A stretch of 64,000 nt of DNA from SAR202 cluster bacterium AC-647-P02_OGT_505m (GTDB taxonomy: Bacteria; Chloroflexota; Dehalococcoidia; Lucifugimonadales; UBA826). This document shows positions 37,420-47,172 of the stretch, piece after piece. The notes under the pieces are model-generated. The model had not been told where the DNA came from. It searched no databases and worked only from the letters and a program-made list of their open reading frames with translations. Both the position numbers and the translations under genes were made by a program. Location of the stretch: NCBI GenBank assembly GCA_009391195.1, contig VEXB01000001.1, forward strand, positions 102,232 through 166,231, read 5' to 3'. Each line of letters opens with the position of its first letter. Position 1 is the stretch's first letter.

Positions 37420-38884
37420 TTATCCAACTGTACCTTCCAAACTGACTCGAAGTAATTGGGATGCTTCCATTGCAAATTCAAAAGGAAGTTCCTTGAATAT
37501 ACCCCGACAAAATCCATTGATAACCATATAATTCGCTTCTTCCAAATCAATACCTCTCTGTTGCAAATAGAACAACTGATCATCATTAACTTTTGATGTA
37601 GTAGCTTCATGACCCATTTGAGCAGAGGGATTGCGAACTTCTATATACGGCACCGTATGTGCCCCACATTCATCTCCGATTAGAAGAGAATCGCATTGAG
37701 TAAAATTTCTTGCGTTGTCGGCGTTAGGCAGAATCGACACTTGGCCCCTGTAAGTATTCTCAGCCTTGCCGGCCGATATTCCCTTGGCAATAATCGTACT
37801 TCGGGTATTTTTGCCAATATGGATCATCTTCGTTCCCGTATCAGCCTGTTGGTGATTGTTAACAAGTGCCACAGAATAAAATTCTCCAACAGAGTTGTCT
37901 CCCTGTAAAATCACGCTTGGATACTTCCAAGTGATAGCAGAACCAGTTTCCACCTGAGTCCAGGATATTTTAGAATTCTCTCCTCTAGCCGCTCCTCGTT
38001 TAGTGACAAAATTGAACACCCCGCCATTACCATCTTTATCTCCGGGATACCAATTTTGAAGGGTTGAGTACTTAATCTCTGCGTCTTTTAGAGCTACTAA
38101 CTCAACAACCGCAGCGTGAAGTTGGTGAGTCTTCCGCATAGGAGCTGTACAACCTTCAAGATAGCTTACGTAACTTCCTTCGTCGGCGATTATCAAAGTA
38201 CGTTCAAATTGACCAGAATCAACTTCATTAATTCTAAAATATGTCATCAATTCAATGGGACAACGTACACCGGGGGGGCACGTAGCAAAATGAGCCATCG
38301 CTGAACACCGCCGAGTTCAAGGTCGCATAAAAATTATCGCTGTAAGGCACAACTGACCCGAGATATTTTTGTACCAACTCGGGATATTTCTGAACTGCCT
38401 CACTGATGGGGCAAAAGATAACCCCGGCTTCCTGCAACATATCTTGATACGTAGTAGCAACAGAGACACTATCCAGCACAGCGTCAACAGCGACTCCTGT
38501 GAGCTTTTTTTGCTCTTCCAACGGAATCCCCAATTTATCAAAAGCTTCTATGAGTTCTGGGTCTACCTCATCCAAACTTTCAGGAGCATCATCCTTTGAC
38601 TTTGGGGCCGAGTAATAAATAATGTCTTGAAAATCTATTTCATCAAACTGAACTTTAGCCCACTTAGGTGCCGAATCTTCCCCTTGCTTTTGCCAATGAG
38701 AAAAGGCTTTAAGACGCCACTCGAGCATCCATTCAGGTTCATTTTTCTTGGCTGAAATAAACCTGACTATATCTTCATTCAGGCCTTTAGGTGCATTATC
38801 AGATTCTATGTCAAACTCAAAACCCCATTTATATTGTTTTTCCTCTACTCCTGTCTGGCGGGAAATGACCTTTTGTTCTGTCAT
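37420..38884 (-). pseudogene. sufB: sufB split into two ORFs by one extra C in a C7 run (38272-38278); either an assembly error, a true frameshift or +1 recoding
   Basis: ORF 38252..38884 encodes the SufB N-terminal half and ends ...[20 protein letters not shown] 37420..38298 carries the rest (..[46 protein letters not shown]...). Deleting one C from GTGCCCCCCCGGTGTA gives the contiguous conserved sequence [26 protein letters not shown]. Confidence 0.85.
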
Positions 38885-39046
38885 GGTGCGTTTGCCCTCC
38901 TTTATCTATTAAGAACTCTAGTCACTACAGCATGAAACCATCCACAAACATAACTGTAAATTGGCACAACTGCGAGATTGAGAACATTCATAGAAGTCAA
39001 TTGACGTTCATAGTTGTTGAGTTAAATGGTCAACAATAACTCATAA

Positions 39047-39076
39047 AATATACCATCCGCCTATGTGGCAGGTCAA
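39047..39076 (-). promoter_or_regulatory. Candidate suf operon promoter
   Basis: The minus strand reads TTGACC (39076-39071), an 18-nt spacer, then TATATT (39052-39047). It lies in the 208-bp gap upstream of sufB, and an inverted repeat follows immediately at 39013-39043. Confidence 0.35.
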
Positions 39077-39092
39077 AAAATATGGCTGGAAT

Positions 39093-39575
39093 TTACGCCT
39101 GACCCAAAAGCTGCACAACTACTTCACGGTATCCCACTTGCTGAGCCTTTTCCCCATCAAGTTCTACCATGAATATTCGTTGCCACTCTCCAAGAGGCAT
39201 TTTCCCGTCAATAACTGGTATCGATTCGCTAGACCCAAGTGTTAGATGTTGGCAATGGGAATGTCCATTAGGACATTCATTCTCATGCATATGGACGGTA
39301 CGAACATCAAAATCATTATGCCCATAGTTGGCATCAGAGGACGCTATATTATCCAACAGCTTCGTAAAATCATCTAACAGAAGTGGTTCATTTTCCTGTA
39401 TTACTATCGCAGCAGTAGTGTGCCTTGAGAACACAACTACAATTCCATTCAAAACTCCTGAAGACTCAATAAATTCCTCAATTTTATCTGTTATATCGAT
39501 AAATTCTGGTGAAGTCTCAGAGCGTACTTTTAGTGTGATCGTAGAAGTCCTCATTACTGCATCGGAAACGTTCAT
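39093..39575 (-). CDS. YjbQ/UPF0047-family protein (secondary thiamine-phosphate synthase-like)
   Basis: 160 aa. FIDITDKIEEFIESSGVLNGIVVVFSRHTTAAIVIQENEPLLLDDF and the His-rich HMHENECPNGHSHCQH region are typical of the family. Confidence 0.75.
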   Translation of the reverse strand: MNVSDAVMRTSTITLKVRSETSPEFIDITDKIEEFIESSGVLNGIVVVFSRHTTAAIVIQENEPLLLDDFTKLLDNIASSDANYGHNDFDVRTVHMHENECPNGHSHCQHLTLGSSESIPVIDGKMPLGEWQRIFMVELDGEKAQQVGYREVVVQLLGQA

Positions 39576-39741
39576 AATTTTGCTCTAGTTATGTTCCTAA
39601 TTGAATTCTGCCAAAACAGGTTCTGTTTCGGATCACTATTAATCTATTTTCAAATCAAACAACAACCATTCTAAACCTTTTTGATTTACGGTTCACAGGT
39701 CCCACTACTTATCAACAACCCTAAGCTTGTACCAAGTGTTG

Positions 39742-40491
39742 TTAGGGAACCGAAAGGGAATTTACTCTAGTTAGTATCTGATCCATCCTACGTGAAACGA
39801 TCCTCCTACCAAGACGGAACTTAATATAGTCTGATATCCGATAGGGAGTATAAGCTACATTCGATTTCAAACTCCTGACCCGTCGGTCTACTTGATATCT
39901 AGATTGGGGAAAACTACTAGACTCCTGGGAAGTTATTCCCCTAATTATCCCAAACGGCATAGACATTTCAGAGCAAGCTAATGCCGTATAAGCGGCGTCC
40001 TGATCAATGGAATCGACTGCCAAATCTCTACCCAACCAAGTCCTCATATTACTGTTTGTGGCTATATGAGGCGCAGTCACAATAGAACCTTTGACCAAAT
40101 TTCTCTCACTCTCATCAATATGTTTAAAAAGCATTTCAATAGGACCGTAGCTGGCAATCTCAAGTTCAGTCACCGAGCTTGAGGACCATAAAGCCATTTC
40201 TCCCTCAAGCTTCTTAAGATGATCACACAATACGACATTACCTATTCGAATTGTCTTATGTAGAGAGGCTGCGGTCCCAACAGATAGCACAAAAGTAATC
40301 CCAGGTATATTCCCCAGTAGTTGTGCTCCCCGATATGCTCTTTCTCCTGGAGCTCCTGTTAGCACAAGAAGCTCAGTCAACTCTGGAGATTCATAACTTA
40401 TAAACCTATCGCTAGACCTTGATACCCTGAAGTCATGCTTCTTAAGGAAGCCTTGGAGTATCTTTGTATCTGAAGCCAATATACCTTTCAT
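39742..40491 (-). CDS. PNP_UDP_1 (nucleoside phosphorylase/nucleosidase) fold protein with a divergent active site
   Basis: 249 aa. The layout LVLTGAPGERAYRGAQLL...FVLSVGTAASL...IGNVVL...AVDSIDQDAAYTALACSEMSMPFGIIRGITSQ parallels MTA/SAH-nucleosidase, futalosine-hydrolase and HpnG proteins. Assigned by eye. Confidence 0.4.
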   Translation of the reverse strand: MKGILASDTKILQGFLKKHDFRVSRSSDRFISYESPELTELLVLTGAPGERAYRGAQLLGNIPGITFVLSVGTAASLHKTIRIGNVVLCDHLKKLEGEMALWSSSSVTELEIASYGPIEMLFKHIDESERNLVKGSIVTAPHIATNSNMRTWLGRDLAVDSIDQDAAYTALACSEMSMPFGIIRGITSQESSSFPQSRYQVDRRVRSLKSNVAYTPYRISDYIKFRLGRRIVSRRMDQILTRVNSLSVP

Positions 40492-40515
40492 ATTATTCTT
40501 CTAACGGTTACCTGA

Positions 40516-41595
40516 CTAATACTCTCTTACTGCTAGAAAATGCGAAAGAACACCAAAATCGAACTTGTAACTGTCTGGCAGCATTGCATCTGAAAATGAT
40601 TTGAGGGCTTCTTCCTCATATTGGTGAGCAAGACCTTGTGCATAATCTCTTGTGCCTGCCTGCTCCATAATATCTAAAACCGCCAGCACCTCTGGTTCCC
40701 CGAGAGACTGCAAAGAATATATCTCTCGCAGTCGTTCCCGACCTTTTGAATCAGCTTTATCCATGGCATGAACAATAGGAAGCGAATTCTTTTTTCTCAG
40801 GATATCAATCCCTACAGGCTTACCGGTTGATTCTTCCTGTCCCCATATACCAAGAATGTCATCTCTTATCTGAAAAACATACCCCAGGGATGTGCCCGTT
40901 CTTCGAAAAATCTCTAAAGTCCTTAAATTTTCAGTGCCCATCACAGCCCCCAAATGAAGAGAACAGCGAATTAATGCTCCAGTCTTTCTCGATATCATGG
41001 ACATATACTGACTCAATGTTATGTCGATTCTCCCCTCAAAAGATATGTCCATATATTGACCCTCAATCATTTCAAGGCAAGCCTCTGTCAAAAGTTCTAC
41101 CCCCTTCAAGATCCGTTCAGTGTCTTTGTCATCATTCTTCCTCATCATTTCCATTGACTGATCTGCCACTATTCTCAAAGCGTTTCCGGCCACAAGTGCC
41201 TTATTTATGCCCCACAAAGCCCAGAGAGTTGGTCTATGGTGTCTTGTCTCATCAAAATCTTCAATCTCATCATGAATTAGTGAAAAATTATGTATCAGCT
41301 CAAGAGAAGCAGCTGCTGGTAAGGCATTTCTCATATTGCCCCCAACCGCTTCACAGGCAAACAAACAAAGCGATGGTCGTAGTGATTTACCCATTACACC
41401 ATTAACAGGTATTCCATCTTTATCTGACCATCCCATGCAATATCTAAGCATGTCATAAACAAATAAATGATCTTGGTCTATTCTCGCCTTAAGCGTATTT
41501 ACAATGATGTCCCTATATCTATCAAGAATCTCTGGGGAAGTCATCAGTTTTTTCTCATGTTCCAATTTTGGAGAGGTCCCACGCCGCAGAATCAT
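40516..41595 (-). CDS. Polyprenyl (trans-isoprenyl) diphosphate synthase family protein with variant Asp-rich motifs
   Basis: 359 aa with GKSLRPSLCLFACEAVGG...ALPAAASLELIHNFSLIHDEIEDFDETRHHRPT (first motif) and GYVFQIRDDILGIWG...GKPVGIDILRKKNSLP (second motif). The start is uncertain; Met18 is an alternative. Confidence 0.8.
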   Translation of the reverse strand: MILRRGTSPKLEHEKKLMTSPEILDRYRDIIVNTLKARIDQDHLFVYDMLRYCMGWSDKDGIPVNGVMGKSLRPSLCLFACEAVGGNMRNALPAAASLELIHNFSLIHDEIEDFDETRHHRPTLWALWGINKALVAGNALRIVADQSMEMMRKNDDKDTERILKGVELLTEACLEMIEGQYMDISFEGRIDITLSQYMSMISRKTGALIRCSLHLGAVMGTENLRTLEIFRRTGTSLGYVFQIRDDILGIWGQEESTGKPVGIDILRKKNSLPIVHAMDKADSKGRERLREIYSLQSLGEPEVLAVLDIMEQAGTRDYAQGLAHQYEEEALKSFSDAMLPDSYKFDFGVLSHFLAVREY

Positions 41596-41682
41596 TACGG
41601 ACTCACATATCCGATTCCCAAAGGATACTAGATCAAACTTGTCTAGTCACAATATATAATGTAACTAATAAGGCTTTTTTAC

Positions 41683-41712
41683 TTGCTAGCCGATCAGCGC
41701 CTGTGCTATATT
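41683..41712 (+). promoter_or_regulatory. Candidate nuo operon promoter
   Basis: TTGCTA (41683-88), an 18-nt spacer, then TATATT (41707-12), about 83 nt upstream of nuoA. This is pattern matching only. Confidence 0.25.
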
Positions 41713-41794
41713 TTCGACTCAGAATAGTCTGTGCCTTGGGCATTGGACGAGAGACGTTTCAACCTCCATATATATGCGATAATCTGCAGGAAAT

Positions 41795-42190
41795 ATGCTC
41801 GACGAATACTTCAGACAGTACGGTGTGATCGCTATCTTTGCAGCACTAGCAGTTGCTGTCCCATCAGGAATGCTAATAATATCGTGGCTCTTATCAATAT
41901 TAAAGATAAGACCTAATAACCCATCCACGGTAAAAAATAGTATTTATGAATGTGGGTTTGAAACCATCACAGAGCGATGGAGTAATTTCAATTTCCGATA
42001 TTACAGTATCGCTCTTCTCTTTGTTATTTTTGATGTGGAGGTCGTCTTTTTGTTCCCTTGGGCAGCCAGCTTTGGGACAATGTCCGTGGAATTCGGAATA
42101 TACGTATTCATCGAAATGGCGATTTTCATAGGAATACTAGTCTTAGGCTGGCTTTATGCATGGAAAAAGGGGTCACTCGAATGGAGCTAA
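41795..42190 (+). CDS. nuoA: NADH-quinone oxidoreductase subunit A
   Basis: 131 aa with three TM segments and IYECGFE...[24 protein letters not shown]. Confidence 0.9.
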   Translation: MLDEYFRQYGVIAIFAALAVAVPSGMLIISWLLSILKIRPNNPSTVKNSIYECGFETITERWSNFNFRYYSIALLFVIFDVEVVFLFPWAASFGTMSVEFGIYVFIEMAIFIGILVLGWLYAWKKGSLEWS

Positions 42191-42813
42191 ATGTCTCTCA
42201 AACAGGAGAAGAATCCCCGGTGATCATACCCCTGCAGGACACAACGTGGGCTTTAGATCAGGAAGAGGGAGAATATATTAATCACCTTAAATCCACACAT
42301 CTAGAAGCACTGGCCGAACCTATTGTTGAGGTGCCGGATGACCTCCAGAGAAACATTGCGGTCACATCGGTGGATGCCCTCATAGGATGGGGAAGAAAGT
42401 CAGCAGTTTGGCCTCTATCATTTGGTTTAGCTTGCTGCGCTTTTGAGATGATGGCTAGTGCAATGTCACGATTTGATCTCTCCCGCTTTGGTATGGAAGT
42501 GTTTAGACCATCCCCTAGGCAAGCCGACTTAATGATAATTGCGGGAACAGTCACCTGGAAAATGGCTCCTGCTATTGAAAGAGTTTACGAACAGATGGCT
42601 GAACCAAGATGGGTAATTTCGATGGGGGTATGTGCGACAAGTGGTGGACCTTATTATGGATCCTATAGCGTGGTCCCAGGTGTCAACCATATAATTCCCG
42701 TCGATGTTTATGTGCCTGGGTGCCCTCCAAGACCGGATGCACTGCTTTACGGAATTATGCAGCTCCACGAAAAAATAAAAAGATATTCCATCAAGAAGCG
42801 GAATCAATCTTGA
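42181..42813 (+). CDS. nuoB: NADH-quinone oxidoreductase subunit B
   Basis: The N2-cluster Cys motifs [18 protein letters not shown] and PGCPPRP are present. The likely start is the ATG at 42181, overlapping the nuoA end by 10 nt. The listed ORF start at 42058 lies inside nuoA. Confidence 0.88.
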   Translation: MELNVSQTGEESPVIIPLQDTTWALDQEEGEYINHLKSTHLEALAEPIVEVPDDLQRNIAVTSVDALIGWGRKSAVWPLSFGLACCAFEMMASAMSRFDLSRFGMEVFRPSPRQADLMIIAGTVTWKMAPAIERVYEQMAEPRWVISMGVCATSGGPYYGSYSVVPGVNHIIPVDVYVPGCPPRPDALLYGIMQLHEKIKRYSIKKRNQS

Positions 42814-43265
42814 CCAAGATCATAAGCGGAAGTGATTTAGCTTCCTCCCTTGAAGAGAAACTACCCGGTTGTATTACTGAAAGTAATGAGGTTGACGTGT
42901 GGGTATCGCCCGAGTCACTACTCCCGGTATGTGAAATTTTAAAAGACCCAGACGGACTAGACTTCTCCTACCTCACCTCCATATCCGCTGTCGACTATAT
43001 AGATAGCTTTGAACTTGTTTATCACATTCTGTCTATGAGGAACAATTACAGCGGTGTCATAAAATGCCGATGCTCTAGTAAAGGAAATATCCGAGGTGAA
43101 CCTACAGTTGCGTCAGTCACTGGAATCTGGAAAGGTGCTGATCTTCAAGAACGAGAAATATGGGATCTCATGGGAATAAAATTCGACGGGCATCCTAACC
43201 TGAAACGCATTCTCCTCTGGGAAGGTTTCGATGGACACCCCCTTAGAAAGGATTACCTAGGATAA
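42810..43265 (+). CDS. nuoC: NADH-quinone oxidoreductase subunit C
   Basis: Contains [43 protein letters not shown]. The likely TTG start at 42810 overlaps the nuoB stop (TTGA). The exact start is uncertain. Confidence 0.8.
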   Translation: MTKIISGSDLASSLEEKLPGCITESNEVDVWVSPESLLPVCEILKDPDGLDFSYLTSISAVDYIDSFELVYHILSMRNNYSGVIKCRCSSKGNIRGEPTVASVTGIWKGADLQEREIWDLMGIKFDGHPNLKRILLWEGFDGHPLRKDYLG

Positions 43266-43269
43266 TCAA

Positions 43270-44376
43270 TTGACCGGCATTAGAACTGAACCAATCACTA
43301 TCAATCTTGGACCTCAGCACCCTAGTACACACGGTGTATTTAGGCTACGAGTAACTTTTGATGGGGAAGAGATCATTGACGCTGAACCAGTTTTTGGGTA
43401 TCTACACAGAGGGACGGAGAAACTGGCCGAGACAAGGAATTATGTCCAAATTGTAACTCTGACCGACAGAATGGATTACCTCGCCAGCATGTCGAACAAT
43501 TTGGCATACGTGAGGACTGTGGAGAAACTGGCAGATATTGAAGTTCCAGAAAGAGCACAATACATAAGGGTAATCAGTGCCGAACTTCAAAGGATTGCAA
43601 GCCATTTAATGGCAACTGGATTCCTATTAAACGATCTAGGAGCACTTGCGACTCCACTAGTTTATTGCTTCAGAGAACGTGAAAGAATTCTTGACCTCTT
43701 CGAGATGTTGTGTGGTGCAAGGATAACTCTTAGTTATATGAGGCCAGGTGGTGTATTTCAGGATGCACCGGAAGATTTTTGGCCTTCACTCGATTCTTTA
43801 ATAGGAGATCTACCACATTACTTCGACGAATTAGAATCCTTAATAACATCCAATGAAATTGTGTTGGCTAGAACAAAAAACGTCGGATTACTAACTGATG
43901 AGCAAGCAATAGACAATTCAATGTCAGGCCCAAATCTTAGAGCCTCTGGTGTGAAATGGGATTTACGGAAAGCAGACCCCTACGAAATTTACGATAGAGT
44001 GAAATTCGAAGTACCTATAGGTGCTATTGGTGACACATTCGACAGGTATCTGGTTCGTATTCTGGAGATGCGAGAAAGCGTTAAAATTATTGAGCAATGC
44101 CTAGAGCAGATAGAGTCCGGCCCTATTAGGGCAAATACCCCTTTCTTCATTAGGCCACCAGCGGGAGAAGCCTATGCTGCTGTGGAAGGACCGAAAGGAG
44201 AGTTAGGGTTCTATATGGTGAGCGATGGAGGAGTAGCGCCCTACAGATGTAAGGTAAGAGCTCCATCCTTCATCAACCTCACTCCCCTTCGAGACATGTT
44301 AAAGGGCTGGAAAATGGGTGACCTGATTATCATATTTGGTTCCATCGACATCGTACTGGGAGAGGTGGATCGCTAA
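43270..44376 (+). CDS. nuoD: NADH-quinone oxidoreductase subunit D
   Basis: 368 aa with INLGPQHPSTHGVFRL and C-terminal RAPSFINL...LIIIFGSIDIVLGEVDR. Confidence 0.92.
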   Translation: MTGIRTEPITINLGPQHPSTHGVFRLRVTFDGEEIIDAEPVFGYLHRGTEKLAETRNYVQIVTLTDRMDYLASMSNNLAYVRTVEKLADIEVPERAQYIRVISAELQRIASHLMATGFLLNDLGALATPLVYCFRERERILDLFEMLCGARITLSYMRPGGVFQDAPEDFWPSLDSLIGDLPHYFDELESLITSNEIVLARTKNVGLLTDEQAIDNSMSGPNLRASGVKWDLRKADPYEIYDRVKFEVPIGAIGDTFDRYLVRILEMRESVKIIEQCLEQIESGPIRANTPFFIRPPAGEAYAAVEGPKGELGFYMVSDGGVAPYRCKVRAPSFINLTPLRDMLKGWKMGDLIIIFGSIDIVLGEVDR

Positions 44377-45593
44377 TGAACCATTTCCCTGGATTCGTGG
44401 ATTTTTATACCTTCTATGAGTTGTCCTTAAAGATTTTTCAATATTTCGGTTTCGGTGACAACGCTCAATGGATGTCATATTTGACTGCAGGGGTGATCAT
44501 TTCATTCATAGTGATCAATGTCATGATTCTTTCTACAGCCTTTTACACATGGTTCGAAAGGCGCGTCCTTGGGCGATTCCAAGTGAGACGAGGGCCAAAT
44601 CGGAACGGACCTTTCGGAATCTTTCAACCTTTCGCTGATGTGCTGAAACTTATAATGAAGGAGGACACCATACCGTCCGAGGCGGATAGACCCGTCTTTA
44701 CGTTGGCGCCTATAGCCTTGGTAGCTCCCACTTTATTAATAATGACGGTGATTCCAATGGGAGAGAATTCCTTTTTAGGAAGCCTAAACATTGGGATACT
44801 TTTCATCGTGGGCGTTACATCAGTTAACTCCATCGCCATCTTTATGGCTGGCTGGGGTTCAAGAAATAAATATGCGATTTTGGGATCGATGCGCGGGGCG
44901 GCTATGTTGATTAGTTATGAGATTCCAATGGCCCTTGGCATAACGAGTGTATTACTAATGTCAGGCTCATTAGCAATGACCCAAATAGCGAATAGCCAAG
45001 ATATTTGGTTCATAGTAGTAATGCCATTAGGATTTTTCGTGTTCATGGCAGCTGCAACCGCTGAAATCAGCAGGACACCCTTTGACCAGATAGAGGCAGA
45101 GTCAGAGCTTGGATCTGGATACAATACTGAATTCAGTGGAATAAAGTTTGCGATACTTTTCCTCGCGGAATTCATGGCTCCAATCGTAACCGCTGCTGTA
45201 GTTGCTACTCTATTTCTTGGGGGGACAAAGGGATTCGATCCAATCCCAGGTCAAATATGGTTTGCGCTGAAGATGTTCGTGGTCATTTTCGTACTATTGT
45301 GGTTTAGAGCGACATGGCCGAGACTACGAGTGGATCAAATAATGGGCTTCGCATGGAAAGGTTTGTTTGGACTAGGCATCTTCAACATATTTATCGTTGC
45401 GATTGAGATTATGATTTTCAAAACCGAAGACGGCACAATAGGCACTTCCAACATGCTGATAATGTCCGGAATAAACTGGATAATAGCAATAGTGACACTA
45501 TTGGGCTTAATGCGCATTTATGGTCACAAAAAATTGGAGAGGCCAACCCCTGTTCCATCGCCTCTGGCAAACATGGGATTGGAGGTAGATTAG
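44376..45593 (+). CDS. nuoH: NADH-quinone oxidoreductase subunit H
   Basis: 405 aa with ERRVLGRFQVRRGPNRNGPFGIFQPFADVLKL and RTPFDQIEAESEL. The ATG overlaps the nuoD stop by 1 nt. nuoH follows nuoD directly, with no nuoE, nuoF or nuoG between them. Confidence 0.92.
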   Translation: MNHFPGFVDFYTFYELSLKIFQYFGFGDNAQWMSYLTAGVIISFIVINVMILSTAFYTWFERRVLGRFQVRRGPNRNGPFGIFQPFADVLKLIMKEDTIPSEADRPVFTLAPIALVAPTLLIMTVIPMGENSFLGSLNIGILFIVGVTSVNSIAIFMAGWGSRNKYAILGSMRGAAMLISYEIPMALGITSVLLMSGSLAMTQIANSQDIWFIVVMPLGFFVFMAAATAEISRTPFDQIEAESELGSGYNTEFSGIKFAILFLAEFMAPIVTAAVVATLFLGGTKGFDPIPGQIWFALKMFVVIFVLLWFRATWPRLRVDQIMGFAWKGLFGLGIFNIFIVAIEIMIFKTEDGTIGTSNMLIMSGINWIIAIVTLLGLMRIYGHKKLERPTPVPSPLANMGLEVD

Positions 45594-45595
45594 AT

Positions 45596-46267
45596 ATGTA
45601 TGGCACTGGAATAATTAAAGGTTTGGGTATCACCATGAAAAACTTGGTTTTACCAACACGTCAATTCAATATACACCAATATCCCAATAGAAAGGCCAGT
45701 CCAGCCGATCTGGCAAAATTAGAAGAAAAAAACACTATTTCTTTCCTATTTTCAAATCCAATAAGATCCGCTAGGGCTTTAGTTGGACTGGAGACTATAG
45801 AAGAACGCTTGCCCCAACATGCTCGATTTAGAGGCGAGGAGTTCGCTTGGTACGACCAACGATGTACGGGTTGTGCAAGCTGCGCTAAATACTGCCCTTT
45901 GGGAATAATCAAGATTGTGACAGACACTAGCGGTGTTAATCTCCAGGAAGGTCAAAGTTACGACATAGAGACTTTTGACATCGATATAGGGAGGTGTATG
46001 TTCTGCGGTCTATGTGTTGAGGCATGTCCTTATGACGCTCTTCATATGGGAAGTGGATTTGAAGAAGGTACATATCGCAGAAGCGAACTCGTGATTGATG
46101 TCGAACGTCTGAGGAAAGCGGATAAGAAACCCAGCACGTGGTTTAGGCCTCAACTTACAGACAAGAGTTACGACCCCATCAAAGGGTCCGAGGCAAACTG
46201 GGATGAGGTGGGAAGGCACGAGAAACCCACGGGAGATCAGCAACGTGATAGGTGGGCTAAAAGATGA
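45596..46267 (+). CDS. nuoI: NADH-quinone oxidoreductase subunit I (2x[4Fe-4S])
   Basis: Contains CTGCASCAKYCP and CMFCGLCVEACP. It has a C-terminal charged extension of about 50 aa. Confidence 0.9.
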   Translation: MYGTGIIKGLGITMKNLVLPTRQFNIHQYPNRKASPADLAKLEEKNTISFLFSNPIRSARALVGLETIEERLPQHARFRGEEFAWYDQRCTGCASCAKYCPLGIIKIVTDTSGVNLQEGQSYDIETFDIDIGRCMFCGLCVEACPYDALHMGSGFEEGTYRRSELVIDVERLRKADKKPSTWFRPQLTDKSYDPIKGSEANWDEVGRHEKPTGDQQRDRWAKR

Positions 46268-46812
46268 TTTTAGGTGAGGGAACAGAGGGAGCGTTAATAA
46301 CTGAACTAGTGTTCTGGGTAATTGCGCTATCAACTGTCGTATCAGCTATAGCGGTTGTCCAAATACGCGATCTTTTCAGGGCATCTTTATTCTTAATCGT
46401 TACTCTACTAGGGGTTGCAGGTCTCTTTATCCTTCTGAGAGCCGAATTTCTCGCAGGTGTTCAACTAATGGTTTATGTCGGAGCAATATCAGTATTAATT
46501 ATATTTGCCATCCTGATGACTAGAGACCTGGAAGAAGGAAGTACCTCCCACAGTTTCAGAATTCCCGTAGCACTAGTGTCTTTGATTTTGATGGGTGTCT
46601 CTATATATGCAATTTCCAATACCGAGTGGAATATCATCGGAAGTGAAACCTTAAATCCAGATCAAATGAACCAAGCGGCTCATGTTTTTACTAATGGTAT
46701 TCCTACGTTGGCAAAATTATTACTAAGAGATTTTGTTCTGGCATTCGAGGTAGTGTCTGTACTGTTACTTGCAGCTGTGCTGGGTTCGCTAGCTCTTGTG
46801 AGAGGTCGATAA
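46264..46812 (+). CDS. nuoJ: NADH-quinone oxidoreductase subunit J
   Basis: 182 aa and polytopic, with GVQLMVYVGAISVLIIFAILM. ATGA overlap with nuoI. Confidence 0.88.
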   Translation: MILGEGTEGALITELVFWVIALSTVVSAIAVVQIRDLFRASLFLIVTLLGVAGLFILLRAEFLAGVQLMVYVGAISVLIIFAILMTRDLEEGSTSHSFRIPVALVSLILMGVSIYAISNTEWNIIGSETLNPDQMNQAAHVFTNGIPTLAKLLLRDFVLAFEVVSVLLLAAVLGSLALVRGR

Positions 46813-46814
46813 TT

Positions 46815-47156
46815 ATGACCCTGGAACGTTTCCTGATAATCGGGGCAATACTTTTTGCAATCGGGCTATATGGGGCTCTATCAAAAAAACATGCGATAGC
46901 GGTTCTTATGTCCCTAGAACTCATGTTTAATGGAGTCAATGTGACAGCTGTGGCCTTGTCCCGATATACCGTGCCCAAGGCTCTGTCTGAAAACATCGAA
47001 AACGCTGCGAGTTTTCTGCTGACAGGACAGGTATTTGCAGTGTTTATCATCACAGTAGCAGCCGCAGAGGTAGCTCTAGGACTTGCGATAATAATTGCAA
47101 TATATAGGTCTCGTAGCACCGTGCTCGTCACTGAAGCAGCAGACATGAAAAAGTGA
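46815..47156 (+). CDS. nuoK: NADH-quinone oxidoreductase subunit K
   Basis: 113 aa with three TM segments and LMSLELMFNGVNV...AAAEVALGLAIIIAIYR. Confidence 0.9.
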   Translation: MTLERFLIIGAILFAIGLYGALSKKHAIAVLMSLELMFNGVNVTAVALSRYTVPKALSENIENAASFLLTGQVFAVFIITVAAAEVALGLAIIIAIYRSRSTVLVTEAADMKK

Positions 47157-47172
47157 TGGTTAACTAGGCGAT

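Noticed and set aside
39719-39747. Hairpin CCCTAA...TTAGGG overlapping the stop codon of the PNP-like gene
   Set aside because: The stem is interrupted and the internal loop is long. No U-run follows on the minus strand, so it is not a convincing terminator.
40827-41405. 192-aa plus-strand ORF
   Set aside because: It is antisense to the polyprenyl synthetase gene, whose family motifs are unambiguous. It is a shadow ORF.
41568-41928. Small ORFs 41568..41828, 41719..41928 and 41731..41916 around the nuo promoter region
   Set aside because: They overlap one another and the nuoA start, have no SD and show no recognisable similarity. The region is better explained as promoter and leader of nuoA.
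46703-47146. 147-aa minus-strand ORF across nuoJ/nuoK
   Set aside because: It is antisense to two conserved nuo genes inside a tightly coupled operon. It is a shadow ORF.
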